A DNA stretch of 50,414 nt from a virus (taxonomy: Duplodnaviria > Heunggongvirae > Uroviricota > Caudoviricetes): IMG/VR virus record IMGVR_UViG_2718217859_000006; one strand, written 5' to 3'. Within the stretch, counting starts at the first letter, position 1. Each line of letters opens with the position of its first letter. A program made the position numbers and the translations under genes. Of the stretch, positions 49,131 through 50,414 are shown piece by piece. The notes below the pieces were generated by a model, which saw nothing but the letters and a program-made list of their open reading frames with translations, did not search any database and had not been told where the DNA came from.

Positions 49131-50414
49131 ATGGATTTCCAGTTATATTCGCTCGGCGCAGCGTTAGTGTTTCATGAAATATTTTTTCCTGAATCATCAA
49201 CGGCAATGGCGTTAATTCTGGCAATGGGAACCTACGGTGCAGGTTATGTGGCGCGTATTGTCGGAGCATTTATTTTCGGAAAAATGGGCGACAGAATAGG
49301 GCGTAAAAAAGTGCTCTTTATTACCATCATCATGATGGGGATCTGTACCACCTTAATTGGTGTGTTACCGACCTATGCACAGATTGGTGTTTTTGCACCC
49401 ATCTTGCTGGTGACGTTGCGTATTATTCAGGGGTTGGGTGCAGGTGCGGAAATTTCCGGTGCCGGTACGATGCTGGCGGAATATGCGCCAAAAGGTAAGC
49501 GCGGAATTATCTCCTCATTTGTGGCTATGGGAACTAACTGCGGAACCTTGAGCGCAACGGCAATCTGGGCCTTTATGTTCTTCATTCTCAGTAAAGAGGA
49601 ACTGCTGGCGTGGGGATGGCGTATACCGTTCCTGGCGAGCGTTGTCGTGATGGTCTTTGCTATCTGGTTGCGTATGAATCTGAAAGAAAGCCCGGTCTTT
49701 GAGAAGGTTAACGACAGTAACCAACCGACAGCAAAACCTGCACCTGCTGGTAGCATGTTCCAGAGCAAATCCTTCTGGCTGGCAACAGGGCTGCGTTTTG
49801 GTCAGGCGGGTAACTCCGGGTTAATTCAGACTTTCCTTGCAGGCTATTTAGTGCAGACGTTATTGTTTAACAAAGCAATTCCAACAGATGCATTGATGAT
49901 CAGTTCGATTCTCGGCTTTATGACCATTCCGTTCCTTGGTTGGTTATCCGATAAAATTGGTCGCCGGATCCCGTATATTATTATGAATACCTCCGCGATT
50001 GTGCTGGCATGGCCAATGCTTTCTATCATTGTAGATAAAAGCTATGCCCCGAGCACCATTATGGTTGCACTGATTGTGATTCATAACTGTGCGGTGCTGG
50101 GATTATTTGCTCTGGAAAACATTACCATGGCAGAAATGTTCGGCTGTAAAAACCGCTTTACCCGGATGGCTATTTCTAAAGAAATTGGTGGTCTTATCGC
50201 TTCCGGTTTTGGTCCTATCCTGGCGGGTATTTTCTGCACCATGACGGAATCCTGGTATCCGATCGCCATTATGATCATGGCATATTCAGTGATTGGTTTA
50301 ATCTCTGCGCTGAAAATGCCAGAGGTGAAAGACCGTGATTTAAGTGCGCTGGAAGACGCTGCGGAAGATCAACCGCGTGTTGTAAGAGCTGCGCAACCTT
50401 CCAGAAGTCTGTAA
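49131..50414 (+). CDS. ydfJ: MFS transporter (ShiA/ProP-like), 5'-truncated host gene at the prophage/chromosome junction
   Basis: 427-aa ORF runs to the window end; an in-frame TGA sits 2 codons upstream of the ATG, and the protein starts inside what should be TM1 (MDFQLYSLGAALVF, compare ShiA VVDWYDFLLYGITAALVF). Confidence 0.8.
   Translation: MDFQLYSLGAALVFHEIFFPESSTAMALILAMGTYGAGYVARIVGAFIFGKMGDRIGRKKVLFITIIMMGICTTLIGVLPTYAQIGVFAPILLVTLRIIQGLGAGAEISGAGTMLAEYAPKGKRGIISSFVAMGTNCGTLSATAIWAFMFFILSKEELLAWGWRIPFLASVVVMVFAIWLRMNLKESPVFEKVNDSNQPTAKPAPAGSMFQSKSFWLATGLRFGQAGNSGLIQTFLAGYLVQTLLFNKAIPTDALMISSILGFMTIPFLGWLSDKIGRRIPYIIMNTSAIVLAWPMLSIIVDKSYAPSTIMVALIVIHNCAVLGLFALENITMAEMFGCKNRFTRMAISKEIGGLIASGFGPILAGIFCTMTESWYPIAIMIMAYSVIGLISALKMPEVKDRDLSALEDAAEDQPRVVRAAQPSRSL

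Overview
The window is almost entirely one Qin/Rac-type lambdoid prophage (about 49 kb) integrated into the MFS transporter gene ydfJ. Calls rest on reading the translated ORFs against remembered E. coli K-12 Qin and phage lambda proteins; no database search was run. Left to right: integrase, excisionase and a full-length 823-aa exonuclease (minus strand); the dicB operon (ydfA, ydfB/C-like, DicF sRNA, dicB, ydfD) with the dicA/dicC immunity pair; ydaT-like and replication genes; a moron region with an rve-type IS, sigma-28-driven flxA, relBE, hokD, rem and ydfU; antiterminator Q; cold-shock genes cspF/cspB/cspI around a phage-21-type lysis cassette; gnsB, ydfO, ynfO; a lambda-like cosN; an IS66-family element with a perfect 8-bp target duplication sitting in cosB; then a lambda-like structural block from terminase to J, followed by lom, side tail fibre, tfa, a Pin invertase, ydfK and the 5'-truncated ydfJ remnant. 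The most notable observations are the IS66 insertion between cosN and the small terminase gene, and single-base frameshifts in G5 runs that break the protease-capsid fusion gene and the tape-measure gene. Together these suggest a packaging-defective prophage, unless the frameshifts are homopolymer sequencing errors. No clearly new multi-gene system was found; the candidates worth a second look are an antisense membrane-protein ORF in the dicB operon and a zinc-ribbon ORF with no canonical start. No CRISPR, tRNA or rRNA was seen. Derived coordinates (features not taken from the ORF track) are accurate to about 1-2 nt.
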